A stretch of DNA of 64,000 nt, taken from Candidatus Moranbacteria bacterium GW2011_GWC2_40_12 (GTDB taxonomy: Bacteria; Patescibacteriota; Minisyncoccia; Moranbacterales; UBA11712). Location: positions 207,265-271,264 of the forward strand of contig LBYD01000001.1 of assembly GCA_000995965.1 (NCBI GenBank). Reading direction: 5' to 3'. Each line of letters starts with the position of its first letter. Position 1 is the first letter of the stretch. The notes under the pieces are model-generated. The model saw only the letters and a list, made by a program, of their open reading frames with translations, was not told the DNA's origin and ran no database searches. Positions 9,499 to 18,794 of this stretch are shown one piece after another. The translations under genes and the position numbers were made by a program.

Positions 9499-9896
9499 TA
9501 TTTTTTGACCTCTTCTTTCTTGATTATTTCAATGAGGGCCATTTTCGCGCTGTCGGAACGGCGGTTTCCGGTTTTGATAACCCTCACGAACCCGCTCTTC
9601 CTCGGAGGTAAACTGCCAGTGAGCTCAAAAAGGAACTTCGACCCGATGTTCTTGGGAAAAACAGTTTTCATTTGCCTCAAAGCGGACAAAGCATCTGTCT
9701 TATTCTTTTTTCCGCCAGACAAGGAATCCTTCATTTTTCCGCAAGCTTTTTCAGCGAGAATTTTGAGTTCCTTGGCTTTCGCTTCAGTTGTCTTTATTTT
9801 ACCTCTCAAAAACAGCTCTCCCATCAATATCTTGAACAGGGCTTCCCTTTGCTTTTTCTCCCGCCCAAATTTTCGTCCTTTTTTGAGATGTTTCAT
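9498..9896 (-). CDS. rplQ: 50S ribosomal protein L17
   Basis: MKHLKKGRKFGREKKQREALFKILMGELFLRGKIKTTEAKAKELK is a typical L17. Confidence 0.85.
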   Translation of the reverse strand: MKHLKKGRKFGREKKQREALFKILMGELFLRGKIKTTEAKAKELKILAEKACGKMKDSLSGGKKNKTDALSALRQMKTVFPKNIGSKFLFELTGSLPPRKSGFVRVIKTGNRRSDSAKMALIEIIKKEEVKK

Positions 9897-9902
9897 AAAT
9901 TT

Positions 9903-10874
9903 CTATGCTCTCAGCGTCAGCCCCAGATTACCAATGGCTTTTCTTATTTCCTTGATCCCTTTTTCTCCCATCCCTTCGAGATTCATCAGTTCGTTTTCCT
10001 TCAGAGACACTAAATCGGCGATAGTTTTGATATTGCTTTTTTCCAAAACATTCTGGGTTCTGGTTGAAAAAGGAATCGATGCTACTTCGAGATCCATACT
10101 ATCCCCTTTCTTCACTTCGGAAATTTCTTGTTCTTTTTTTTCATCCAAGACAGCGTCCACATTCTCTGTTTCATCCGCCTTCTCTCCCGTATCCATCTCT
10201 TTTGTCGCCCCAAACTGATCAATGGCAATTTTCACTGCTTCCTGAAAGGCCTCTTCCGGCGTGATTGAGCCGTCCGTCTCGATTTCAAAAGTGATCTTAT
10301 CAAAATCCGTTCTTTTTCCGACGCGCATATTTTCAATGACATAATTCACCCTTTTTACGGGAGTGAAAATCGCATCAATTGCGATAAGTCCGATTTCTTT
10401 TTTTTCTCTTTCCTGCTGTTCAACTGGAACATAGCCCAGCCCCTTCTGGACTTCTATTTCCATTTCCATTTGCGCTTTTTTGTCAGTAATCTCGGCAATG
10501 GGCATATCCTTGTTCACAACCTCGACATCGGCTGGGCACTGAATTTGCGCAGCCGATATTTTTTTCGCCCCTTTTTCTTTAAGTGTAAGTTTCACGGGCT
10601 CATCTTTGTGGACCTTGAACCGCACTTTTTTCAAGTTGAGAATAATCTGGATTAAGTCTTCCTTGACGCCGGGCATTGTTGAAAATTCGTGGGAAATTCC
10701 TTTGATTTTTATGGAAGTGGCCGCTGCACCAGTAAGAGAAGACAAAAGTATTCTTCGAAGCGTGTTGCCGATTGTTGTTCCAAAACCAGGATGGCAAGCT
10801 TCGATTTCAATTTTTCCCAAATTTTCGCCCAATATAGAATACTTTGGTTTTTTTGGCAAACTTACTTTTAGCAT
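9903..10874 (-). CDS. rpoA: DNA-directed RNA polymerase alpha subunit
   Basis: N-terminal domain GFGTTIGNTLRRILLSS and a C-terminal domain. Confidence 0.85.
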   Translation of the reverse strand: MLKVSLPKKPKYSILGENLGKIEIEACHPGFGTTIGNTLRRILLSSLTGAAATSIKIKGISHEFSTMPGVKEDLIQIILNLKKVRFKVHKDEPVKLTLKEKGAKKISAAQIQCPADVEVVNKDMPIAEITDKKAQMEMEIEVQKGLGYVPVEQQEREKKEIGLIAIDAIFTPVKRVNYVIENMRVGKRTDFDKITFEIETDGSITPEEAFQEAVKIAIDQFGATKEMDTGEKADETENVDAVLDEKKEQEISEVKKGDSMDLEVASIPFSTRTQNVLEKSNIKTIADLVSLKENELMNLEGMGEKGIKEIRKAIGNLGLTLRA

Positions 10875-10933
10875 TTTTTTGTGCCTTCTTGCGCCATTGA
10901 ACCGGCGAATGAAGACTGATTAATATTAAAAAT

Positions 10934-11575
10934 CTATCTAGAATAAAATTCAACAATCACTTGCGCATCCACATGAAGATCAAGATCATTCCTGGTCGGT
11001 TTTGATTTTATTTTCACGACGATCTCATTGGGAACCGTCTCAAGCCATCCAGAAGGAGGAGTCCCCCCTTTTTTTTCTTTCAGTCTCGCCGCAAGTTGCT
11101 TGAAATATTCCCCTTTTGTTTTATTTGGCTTTGCAGAAATAACATCCCCAATTTTCACTTCGCGCGAAGGAATGTTTATTTTTTTACCGTTGATCAAGAA
11201 CTGCGAATGTCCCACAAGCTGCCTGGCTGACTGCCGGCTGGGAGCAAAACCAGCCCTGAAAATCACGTTATCGAGGCGCATCTCAAGCTTTTGCATCAGA
11301 AGGTCTCCGGTAACACCGGGCTTATCCTTTACATCATGGAAATACTTCTTGAATTGCCTTTCCATCACGCCATAAATTCTTTTTACCCGCTGTTTCATTG
11401 CCATTTGCTGGCCAAATTCTCCCTGCGGCCTTCTTCCTTTTTTTCCGTGAACACCCGGCACGTATGGTTTTCTGACCATTGCGCACTTCGGCGTCCCGCA
11501 GCGGTCGCCTTTCAAAAAGAGCTTTTCTGTCGCTCTTCGGCATAATTTGCATTTGTTTGATAAATCTCGTCCCAT
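10934..11575 (-). CDS. rpsD: 30S ribosomal protein S4
   Basis: Zn-finger N-terminus (CKLCRR ... CGTPKC) and S4 domain. Confidence 0.85.
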   Translation of the reverse strand: MGRDLSNKCKLCRRATEKLFLKGDRCGTPKCAMVRKPYVPGVHGKKGRRPQGEFGQQMAMKQRVKRIYGVMERQFKKYFHDVKDKPGVTGDLLMQKLEMRLDNVIFRAGFAPSRQSARQLVGHSQFLINGKKINIPSREVKIGDVISAKPNKTKGEYFKQLAARLKEKKGGTPPSGWLETVPNEIVVKIKSKPTRNDLDLHVDAQVIVEFYSR

Positions 11576-11579
11576 AAAT

Positions 11580-12116
11580 TTATACTCTTCGAGGTTTTCG
11601 CGGACGGCATCCGTTGTGAGGTATCGGCGTTATGTCTTTGATTAGGATTATCTCAAAATCGTTGTTAGCGAGAGCCCGGATCGAGGCTTCTCTCCCTGAT
11701 CCGACGCCTTTGACGTAAACTTCGATTTCCCTGAGACCGTATTTTGAAACTTTTTCAGTTGCGGCATTCACGATTTGCGTCGCCGCGTAAGGAGTCGCTT
11801 TTTTCGCTCCTTTGAAGCCGAGAGATCCGGCGCTCGACCAGGCCAGAATCTTTCCGCCCAAATCTGAAAAAGCAACCAGTGTATTGTTATAGGTGCATTG
11901 AACATGAGCCTGCCCCCGCAAAACCTGACGGCGAATCTTTTTCTTCTTTTTCTTGACAACCGGCTTTTCCTCGCTCTTTTCTGCTTTTTTATCGTCTTTT
12001 TTCACATCTGCTACCTTAGTTTCGAGTTTTTCCGCTTTTTTTTCATCAACAAAAACTTCTGATTTTTGATCAGGCTTTTCCTTCTTTTCTTCGGTTTTCT
12101 TCGTTTCCTCTGTCAT
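11580..12116 (-). CDS. rpsK: 30S ribosomal protein S11 with about 55-aa Lys/Glu-rich N-terminal extension
   Basis: Conserved S11 core (AHVQCTYNNTLVAFSD ... PHNGCRPRKPRRV). Confidence 0.85.
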   Translation of the reverse strand: MTEETKKTEEKKEKPDQKSEVFVDEKKAEKLETKVADVKKDDKKAEKSEEKPVVKKKKKKIRRQVLRGQAHVQCTYNNTLVAFSDLGGKILAWSSAGSLGFKGAKKATPYAATQIVNAATEKVSKYGLREIEVYVKGVGSGREASIRALANNDFEIILIKDITPIPHNGCRPRKPRRV

Positions 12117-12193
12117 TATGGAAAATTAATTCGTATATTTTTACCCGCCGTAGTTTTAGCAAAGGCGGGCGTGCTCCGATTAATTCGTAGAGA

Positions 12194-12583
12194 TTACGTT
12201 TTTTCCGCTGATGGTTTTCGGCCGCTACCCATTGTTTTTCGGACATTTCCTCGAACGGTACGAGTATTTGTCTTCGTCTTTTGGCCGCGAACCGGAAGTC
12301 CCTTGGCATGTCGGCTTCCTCTATAGCAGCCAATATCCTTAAGCCGCCTTATGTTCATCTGCCTTTGGTGTTTGAGTTCTCCTTCAATCGTGAAATTTTT
12401 CTCAATATAATCTTTCAATTTGCTTATCCCATTTTCACCAAGCGTTTTTGTCCTCGCGTCCGGATTCATTCCCAAATCCGCAAGTATCTTCTTGCTTCTT
12501 GGGTGCCCGATTCCATGGATATAAGTGAGAGCGATTTCTATTCTTTTTTCGTCGGGGATATTCACCCCAGCAATTCTTGCCAT
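12194..12583 (-). CDS. rpsM: 30S ribosomal protein S13
   Basis: [10 protein letters not shown] ... IHGIG ... RGxRH motifs. Confidence 0.85.
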   Translation of the reverse strand: MARIAGVNIPDEKRIEIALTYIHGIGHPRSKKILADLGMNPDARTKTLGENGISKLKDYIEKNFTIEGELKHQRQMNIRRLKDIGCYRGSRHAKGLPVRGQKTKTNTRTVRGNVRKTMGSGRKPSAEKT

Positions 12584-12696
12584 TAGCCTTGGCGCTGCTT
12601 ATGCTTCGGATTAGAACAAATAACAAAAACTTTCCCTTTTCGCCTCACAATTTTGCATTTTTGGCAGATTTTTTTGACTGATGCTCGAACTTTCAT
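12583..12696 (-). CDS. rpmJ: 50S ribosomal protein L36 (37 aa; not in ORF track)
   Basis: Manual translation of the minus strand gives [37 protein letters not shown]. Its TAA stop overlaps the rpsM ATG (TAATG). Confidence 0.8.
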   Translation of the reverse strand: MKVRASVKKICQKCKIVRRKGKVFVICSNPKHKQRQG

Positions 12697-12792
12697 AATA
12701 ACCACTCACTAATTATGAGCGAACAAATAGCGAATGAGAACGAAGAATTTTCGCTCTTATTCGTTTTAAATTCGCTCCCGATTCGCGAGTTC

Positions 12793-13011
12793 TTACATTC
12801 TCTGAACTATCCTTCCCTTTGTGAGATCATACGGGCTCATTTCAACCAGTACCCGGTCGCCCGGCAAAAGCCGGATATAGTGCACCCGCATTCTTCCCGA
12901 AATATGGGCCAATATTTCATGCCCGTTTTCAAGCTCGACTTTGAATGTCGTGCTGGGAAGCGTCTCCTTCACTACGCCATTTAACTTTATAATTTCTTTA
13001 TCTTTAGACAT
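12793..13011 (-). CDS. infA: translation initiation factor IF-1
   Basis: S1-like IF-1 sequence (GVVKETLP ... [20 protein letters not shown]). Start placed at the ATG rather than the upstream TTG. Confidence 0.8.
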   Translation of the reverse strand: MSKDKEIIKLNGVVKETLPSTTFKVELENGHEILAHISGRMRVHYIRLLPGDRVLVEMSPYDLTKGRIVQRM

Positions 13012-13035
13012 TCCTTGCAAAATACCAAATAAATT

Positions 13036-13069
13036 ATTCGTATATTCGTAAAGATTCGTAATTCGTAAA
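13036..13069. promoter_or_regulatory. TTCGTAA heptamer array upstream of infA
   Basis: attcgtatattcgtaaagattcgtaattcgtaaag. Confidence 0.35.
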
Positions 13070-13240
13070 GATAAAAAAACAAGGGCAATGCCCCAGAGCC
13101 TTTCAGCCTTTATACAAGGGGCAATTCAATCCAAATGCTTGAATATCTGAAATGTATATTTATCTAAGTTCATTTTAGTTTATCGCAGTTTTTTTGTCAA
13201 GATCGCATATACCGCTAGTCAAGGACCGACCTCGACTGGA

Positions 13241-15172
13241 TTATTGCACTTCAATTTTCACCCTACTCTCGCTCATGGGCACGCGGCTGGCGAAAAAGGG
13301 CCAGAAGTTCACGTCGGCGCTTTTGACAGCAGGGTAGTTTTTGATGAAACTTTCAAGCTCAGCGCTGTTTTTCCCCAGCGCCCCTTTTTTGAAATTAGAA
13401 ATATCCAGGGCAGCCGCGGAACCAAAATCAGTTTTTGCTTCAAACTTCAAGATTCCTTTTTCAGTGTCCGCTTCGGAAAGAACATAGCTTATGCCTTTTC
13501 CAAAATCAATCCGGGCCAAATCGCCGCCGTTCGCATTTTCATTTCTTTTTATCAGCTCTTTGACATCCTCTTCCTGAAATGAAAGAATTCGCCCCTTGAT
13601 GCTGACGGTATAAATAAATTTTTGAGCTTGGGAACCTGCGCTTTCTGATGATGACGAGCTCGCGATATCAAAGAGCGCGGTATTTTCAAAAAAATACCGC
13701 CCCCCTCCAATTTTGCTTTTGAGATCTTGAAGTGCCTCTTTTTTGGCCTCAGCGACTAGTTTTTCTTTTGCCAGGGCCAAATCCTGGGAAGTGACAGTCA
13801 TGGCTTCCCCCTCTGATCCGCCTTCCATGGCCTTCGCGGATTCGGCATGAAATTTCTCGTATTTCGGACCGCCCTTGAATCCCGGAATTTTGAAGGTGGT
13901 CGGCCCGATGTTATATGACTCGCCTGGTTTGTCAGCTGCCACTTCGACTTCAACCGCTCCGGGTTTTGTTTCTCCGCCAACTTGAGCAAAACCGGGAACT
14001 ACGACGCCTTTTGTGATCCGGAAAATCTTGCCATCATCCGTTTCGAGCCGAGTGGTTGCCACTAAGGGCTGATTGTCAGAACTGAATTCGTTGTATATTG
14101 TAACCTTTCCAGCGGCCTTGCCCGCGCCGGAATGGCTCCCCGTCGCTTCGAACTCGCCGCTTCTCTCCTTTGTGATCTGCTCAAGCGCGGCGGGAATGCT
14201 TTTGTTTTCTTCATCCGCTCCATTCGTTTGGGTGCTCGCTTCAATGGCCAATGACACGCTTTTTTCCTCCGTTTTCAAGTTCAGGACGATTGCCGCCCGG
14301 GGAAGAAAAAAGTACGCACTGGCTGCTGCTCCGAAAATGAGGAAAACAACAAAAAAGATGACAAAATATTTCCCCGATCGCCCCTTCACTCGAGCTGTCT
14401 TAAGCGCTTTTTCCTTCTTGCGGGAGGATGAAAATGTGGGAGGAGAAAAATTTGATGCTCTAAAAAATTTCTCAGGCTCCAGTCCCTTCTGTCTTTCTGC
14501 TTCTCTTTTTTGAAAAAAATCACGCGGCGCCGGAGTCTCTTTTCTTTTCGTTGCATCTGATTCTTCAATTTTCGTCTTTCTCCCGCTGTCATTTATCGGA
14601 CCGGCGATGATGTCCGAGAGCTTCACCCTGTTTTCTTTTTTTTCCTTTCGGCTCTTCGGCTTTATTTCTTTCTTCGTTTTTTTGATGACTTCCGGGCCGG
14701 ATTTCGGACCATGCTTTTCCTCTTTTTTTCCATAAATAATATTCCCGATGTTTTCATTCTTCTGCATTTCCAAAGAAGAAACTGGCGCGGGAAGCGGCTC
14801 ATCGAAATAGTCGTTTGATCCCACGGCACTTTTCTCTTCCACAAAAATTTCAGTGGGAATTTCTGAATGAATTTTTCGGGAACTATCTTCAAAAATTTCA
14901 TCATCAGCTAAAGAATCATCCATTTTCCCTTGCACTTGGATTCCGGCTTTTTCAATAAGTTTTTTTCCGATTCGGTCCTGGGTCACAATCATCAGCCGTT
15001 TTCTGCGACGATTGGTTTCCTTTTTGAGCAGCTTTAAATTTACCAGGCTTTGGATTAGCAGGGCCCTTTTCGGTACGACAATAATCACTTCGTTAGCGGT
15101 TGCCTTGCGTACCCGGTCGACGATCGAAGTAATTTCTTCATCTATGTCTATGTATATTGTTTTGTGTGACAT
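13241..15172 (-). CDS. hypothetical single-pass membrane protein (643 aa)
   Basis: About 265-aa cytoplasmic N-terminal region with a Lys/Glu-rich linker, one TM (YFVIFFVVFLIFGAAASAYFFL), and a large extracytoplasmic domain. Overlaps the actin-like ATPase gene by 1 nt. Confidence 0.45.
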   Translation of the reverse strand: MSHKTIYIDIDEEITSIVDRVRKATANEVIIVVPKRALLIQSLVNLKLLKKETNRRRKRLMIVTQDRIGKKLIEKAGIQVQGKMDDSLADDEIFEDSSRKIHSEIPTEIFVEEKSAVGSNDYFDEPLPAPVSSLEMQKNENIGNIIYGKKEEKHGPKSGPEVIKKTKKEIKPKSRKEKKENRVKLSDIIAGPINDSGRKTKIEESDATKRKETPAPRDFFQKREAERQKGLEPEKFFRASNFSPPTFSSSRKKEKALKTARVKGRSGKYFVIFFVVFLIFGAAASAYFFLPRAAIVLNLKTEEKSVSLAIEASTQTNGADEENKSIPAALEQITKERSGEFEATGSHSGAGKAAGKVTIYNEFSSDNQPLVATTRLETDDGKIFRITKGVVVPGFAQVGGETKPGAVEVEVAADKPGESYNIGPTTFKIPGFKGGPKYEKFHAESAKAMEGGSEGEAMTVTSQDLALAKEKLVAEAKKEALQDLKSKIGGGRYFFENTALFDIASSSSSESAGSQAQKFIYTVSIKGRILSFQEEDVKELIKRNENANGGDLARIDFGKGISYVLSEADTEKGILKFEAKTDFGSAAALDISNFKKGALGKNSAELESFIKNYPAVKSADVNFWPFFASRVPMSESRVKIEVQ

Positions 15173-15173
15173 A

Positions 15174-16457
15174 TTAGTTTTGCATCATTTTGACAGCTCT
15201 TCGGAGCATACTCGAAAGAACTTTTTCTTCACCCACCAAGTCGAGGGCTAAATTAGCCAGCCCCATAGGCGTCACGTCCTGAGGATCGCGAAGGAGACCC
15301 GTCTTGTCAATGACATTCACGACATCTTTCGGCTGGAGGAAATTCACCGAAGGATTTTTCGAGAATGGCAAATTTTTATTCCAATTGGAACCGGAAAGAC
15401 TCTTCTTTATTCCAGGAAGGGCCGAACCGCCTCCGCAAAGAAGAATTTTTGTCGGCAGAAGATCGGCTTCGGAAAATTCTTGGAGCGACAGCTCAATACC
15501 GTCCAGCCAAACCTGACAGTCCTCGTCAAGCAATTTTTCAATTCTTTTTGCCGCGTCGTTGCCCAACTCTCCCCGGCCGTATCTGATTTTCAAATTTTCC
15601 GCCTCAACGAAATTTATGTTCATCTCCTGCGCTAATCTTTTGGTAAAAGCGCGCCCGCCCAAAGCAAACATTTTCGTTCCTTCCAAGCCGCCGTTGCGTA
15701 CTACGGCAATGTCGGTCGTTCCCCCGCCAATGTCGATAAAAATAGCGCTAAAATCAATTGTATTTTCAAGTCCCATAGATCGGGCAACGGCATACGGCTC
15801 CGCCGCTATGCTCAGAAGATCCAGATCAAGTTCCTCGGCGATTTTCTGCAAAGCACCCAAATGGACCATCGGTGCGTAAGCATTGAAGATTCCAATCGAA
15901 ACATCCCGTCCCTGAAAACCAAGGGGGTTGGTAACCCGATAGCCGTCAATCCGGACGTCGACAATTGCCGCGTTGATGAGTTTCACGTCAATTTCGCTGT
16001 GGCCCGTTTCCCATGCCAGCTGCTGGCGGATCTTGTCGAACGCTTTCCACTGCACTTTTTGGACAATATTTTTGAGCTCCGGAAGGTCAATTCTAAGTTC
16101 CGGCTTAAGCCGCTCGTAGTGAACCGTGGTCGTCGATCCTTTGACAAGCTCGCCTGCAATTCCGACAATGGACTGCTCAACCCGCCGCACATTGGCCATC
16201 TCCTCTGCCCGGCCAATCGCTTCCTCGCATGATCGGATCACTCCGGAAATATCACTCACTGCCCCGGATTGCATATCTCCCAGCCGCTGTCGGGCACGCC
16301 CCACTCCGGTTACGATTCCCTTTTCTGTTTCTTCGTCAATTTGAAAAACAAGGGCTTTCACGACTTCCGTCCCAATATCCAAAGCCAGCGCATATCCTGC
16401 TCCCCGGCGCCTCAATATTTTGGAAAATATTCCCATAAACCAATGTTTTTTCTTCAA
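15174..16457 (-). CDS. actin-like ATPase, FtsA/PilM family
   Basis: Phosphate-binding motifs ALDIGTEVVK and DIGGGTTDIAV. Adenosine motif LLCGGGSALPG. Confidence 0.65.
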   Translation of the reverse strand: MKKKHWFMGIFSKILRRRGAGYALALDIGTEVVKALVFQIDEETEKGIVTGVGRARQRLGDMQSGAVSDISGVIRSCEEAIGRAEEMANVRRVEQSIVGIAGELVKGSTTTVHYERLKPELRIDLPELKNIVQKVQWKAFDKIRQQLAWETGHSEIDVKLINAAIVDVRIDGYRVTNPLGFQGRDVSIGIFNAYAPMVHLGALQKIAEELDLDLLSIAAEPYAVARSMGLENTIDFSAIFIDIGGGTTDIAVVRNGGLEGTKMFALGGRAFTKRLAQEMNINFVEAENLKIRYGRGELGNDAAKRIEKLLDEDCQVWLDGIELSLQEFSEADLLPTKILLCGGGSALPGIKKSLSGSNWNKNLPFSKNPSVNFLQPKDVVNVIDKTGLLRDPQDVTPMGLANLALDLVGEEKVLSSMLRRAVKMMQN

Positions 16458-16534
16458 CCTTATTATACTAAAAAATACCGATTATTGCAAAGGCTTTTTT
16501 GACAGTCGGCCTGCGTATCAGCTAAGATTAGCAT

Positions 16535-17530
16535 ATGCAGCCGTCTTCTATTAAAAAAATATACAAATGGACCAGGATTGTCATCTTTGCGGTTCCTGTT
16601 TTCACCATATTGACAGGAATGTATCTTATTTTATTTCCTATCGAAAGTTTTGGCTACTCTTCCGGCCAGCCGGAAAATTCCAAATTCGAAATTTCAAAAA
16701 ATGATGCCAAACATGAAATTTCTTTCGGAGTTTTTCCAACTCTCAACCATCAGTATATTGATTTATCGGTTAATTTTGAAAAAATTGGGACCAGTTGCGC
16801 GGAAAAACCTTTCGAGATTACAATTGAAAAAACCTATCAGGCTTTCCTCTTTCCGGACGGAGAGCCGATAGGAGACAAACAATCGCTGCGAGAATATCTT
16901 TTCCGCGATAACAAATCCAAATATCCCAACGGCTCGCTTCTCCACCTCAAGCCGACGGATGAAGTATATCTTCTCTCTGGCGGCAAAAAAATTATTTTTC
17001 CCGGCCCGGAAATATTCCGCGCTTTCGGATATAATTTTGACAATCTGGCGGAGGTTGAAAAATCAGCGCTGGACCAGTTTCCCGACGCGGACAACCGCGT
17101 TTTTCTATGGACCCGCCCCCATCCCGACGGCACTTTGTTCCAAGCCTATCCTTCGCATAGGATCTTCATCGTCGCGGACGGAAAGAAGCACGAAGTCAAA
17201 GATACAGGCGACCTAAGCGAACTCTGGCATGAATATTTCACTGTACCCGTGAACGACGCAACGGAAGGCAACCAGCTCACTTGTTCTCCTGATTTTGAAG
17301 AGTTGGGAGATGGAAAAATTGCCTGCCGCTTTGACCGCCAGCTGATGCCATCAAGCTTGGGGGGATATTATCACTTTACTGTGAAATATCCGGATGAATG
17401 CCGCCAAACCGATGTCAATATTGAGAAGGCCGGAGTTCGGCTAGTTTCAGGAAAATCATTTGCAACAGTCAAAGATTCTTTCCGAAAGATTTTCGCATCA
17501 ATTGTAAACCGTTATTTCCTAAAACAATGA
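16535..17530 (+). CDS. hypothetical membrane-anchored protein
   Basis: 331-aa ORF with an N-terminal TM helix. No recognisable domain. Confidence 0.4.
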   Translation: MQPSSIKKIYKWTRIVIFAVPVFTILTGMYLILFPIESFGYSSGQPENSKFEISKNDAKHEISFGVFPTLNHQYIDLSVNFEKIGTSCAEKPFEITIEKTYQAFLFPDGEPIGDKQSLREYLFRDNKSKYPNGSLLHLKPTDEVYLLSGGKKIIFPGPEIFRAFGYNFDNLAEVEKSALDQFPDADNRVFLWTRPHPDGTLFQAYPSHRIFIVADGKKHEVKDTGDLSELWHEYFTVPVNDATEGNQLTCSPDFEELGDGKIACRFDRQLMPSSLGGYYHFTVKYPDECRQTDVNIEKAGVRLVSGKSFATVKDSFRKIFASIVNRYFLKQ

Positions 17531-17907
17531 TCTGGAACAGCTTTTTCCAAAAAATAACCAAAGATCTTCTCGTTTCGCTCCTCGTCACATATTTTTTTCT
17601 GCTTATTCCTGAAATTGTCCTGCCGGGTATTGTCAGTTCCCACTTCAGCCCGAAATATTTTCTGGTGCTTCTCCTGGCCGTTGCCTGGCTCCATGTCTGG
17701 CTGGGAAAGAAAAACCCGGCTCCTCCGGAAAATGTCCGCTTCCAGGCAATCTCGAGAAATCTTTTGAATGCCATTCTTTTTGTCATTGCGGCTATGCTTA
17801 TTTTGAGCCTTTACAAGATGGGAATTTGGGAAATAGCCGTAACCGCGGTTTTCTCTCTGGGACTGATGATCGCGACAGAAAATATGCTTATCAGGGAAGA
17901 AACATGA
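17527..17907 (+). CDS. hypothetical integral membrane protein
   Basis: 126 aa with three or four hydrophobic helices. 4-nt overlap with the upstream gene. Confidence 0.4.
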   Translation: MIWNSFFQKITKDLLVSLLVTYFFLLIPEIVLPGIVSSHFSPKYFLVLLLAVAWLHVWLGKKNPAPPENVRFQAISRNLLNAILFVIAAMLILSLYKMGIWEIAVTAVFSLGLMIATENMLIREET

Positions 17908-17951
17908 AATTCTTCGAAAGTAAAAAACCGGGGCGAAAGTCCCGGTCTTTC

Positions 17952-17978
17952 AAAAAAGGCAGGATGCGGTTCCCTGCC
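17952..17978 (-). terminator. intrinsic terminator for minus-strand gene 18099-18680
   Basis: ggcagg-atgcggttc-cctgcc hairpin. On the minus strand it is followed by a U6 run. Confidence 0.45.
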
Positions 17979-18098
17979 TTATGCAAAATGCGCTTTGGCG
18001 CTATGCGTCTTATTTGATAATTCCACCGGGAGTTGAGCTAATTTCTCCAGATAAATTTTTTCGTCGTGGCAGATATACAGTGCCTCATCTATTCCTCC

Positions 18099-18680
18099 CT
18101 ATGTTTGGTTTAGGCTAGAGATTGTTATGCCATTTTTTCTGCGTTCGAAAATTTCACGAAGCTCTTCTCCAAGACATGCTTCGACATCCTGGAGGCCGAT
18201 TTTGACGGGATTTCGATCGCTAGTCGCAAAAATTAGCAACCGAATGATGTCGACTTGCATTTTACCCAATTCGTGAAGATAATGGATAAAGCTCTTTTTT
18301 ACTTCGTATTTATCTCCATCTATACTGACAAGAGCGCTGCCAGGAGAAGGAAAATCCGCGCCAGTCTGGATCATCAGAAAGCAGGCTTTGGCCAGCACGC
18401 ATTTGATGATCCAGTTCAAAAGATTCATGCCATCATGGCCGAATTCAAGTGATATCACGTTTACCGCCAGATACCATTCGGTGTCCTGACGAGCATCGGC
18501 TGATATGTCTAGCTCTATATAATTATGAATGAACTGAGCCATAATATCGGCCATGTGGTGTTTCACATCTTCGATCTGGCTAAGGACTAGTTTTACGGCC
18601 TTGAATTGCAGCCACCAGTTGTTATTATATCCGAAAATAGAGCCGTAATCCTTCCCGTATGAATATTTCGTCGGGGACAT
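18099..18680 (-). CDS. hypothetical protein
   Basis: 193-aa ORF with no motif I can recognise. It has its own terminator. Confidence 0.35.
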   Translation of the reverse strand: MSPTKYSYGKDYGSIFGYNNNWWLQFKAVKLVLSQIEDVKHHMADIMAQFIHNYIELDISADARQDTEWYLAVNVISLEFGHDGMNLLNWIIKCVLAKACFLMIQTGADFPSPGSALVSIDGDKYEVKKSFIHYLHELGKMQVDIIRLLIFATSDRNPVKIGLQDVEACLGEELREIFERRKNGITISSLNQT

Positions 18681-18742
18681 TGCCCTTTCCTCCTTCTCGT
18701 TTGAATTTGCAACATCCTAACACTAAACAGCCTATTTTTCAA

Positions 18743-18771
18743 ATAAAAAAAATCCCGAGGTTCGCCCCGGG
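18743..18771 (-). terminator. intrinsic terminator for amidase gene
   Basis: Minus-strand hairpin CCCGGGG-CGAA-CCUCGGG (6 WC + 1 GU) followed by U8. The same hairpin has an A·C mismatch on the plus strand, which supports a minus orientation. Confidence 0.55.
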
Positions 18772-18794
18772 GTTTTTCGATTTATTTCAAAAAT

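Noticed and set aside
18099-18680. Considered whether the isolated 193-aa protein is an Abi/HEPN-type defence gene.
   Set aside because: No Rx4-6H or other defence motif could be identified by eye. Kept as hypothetical.
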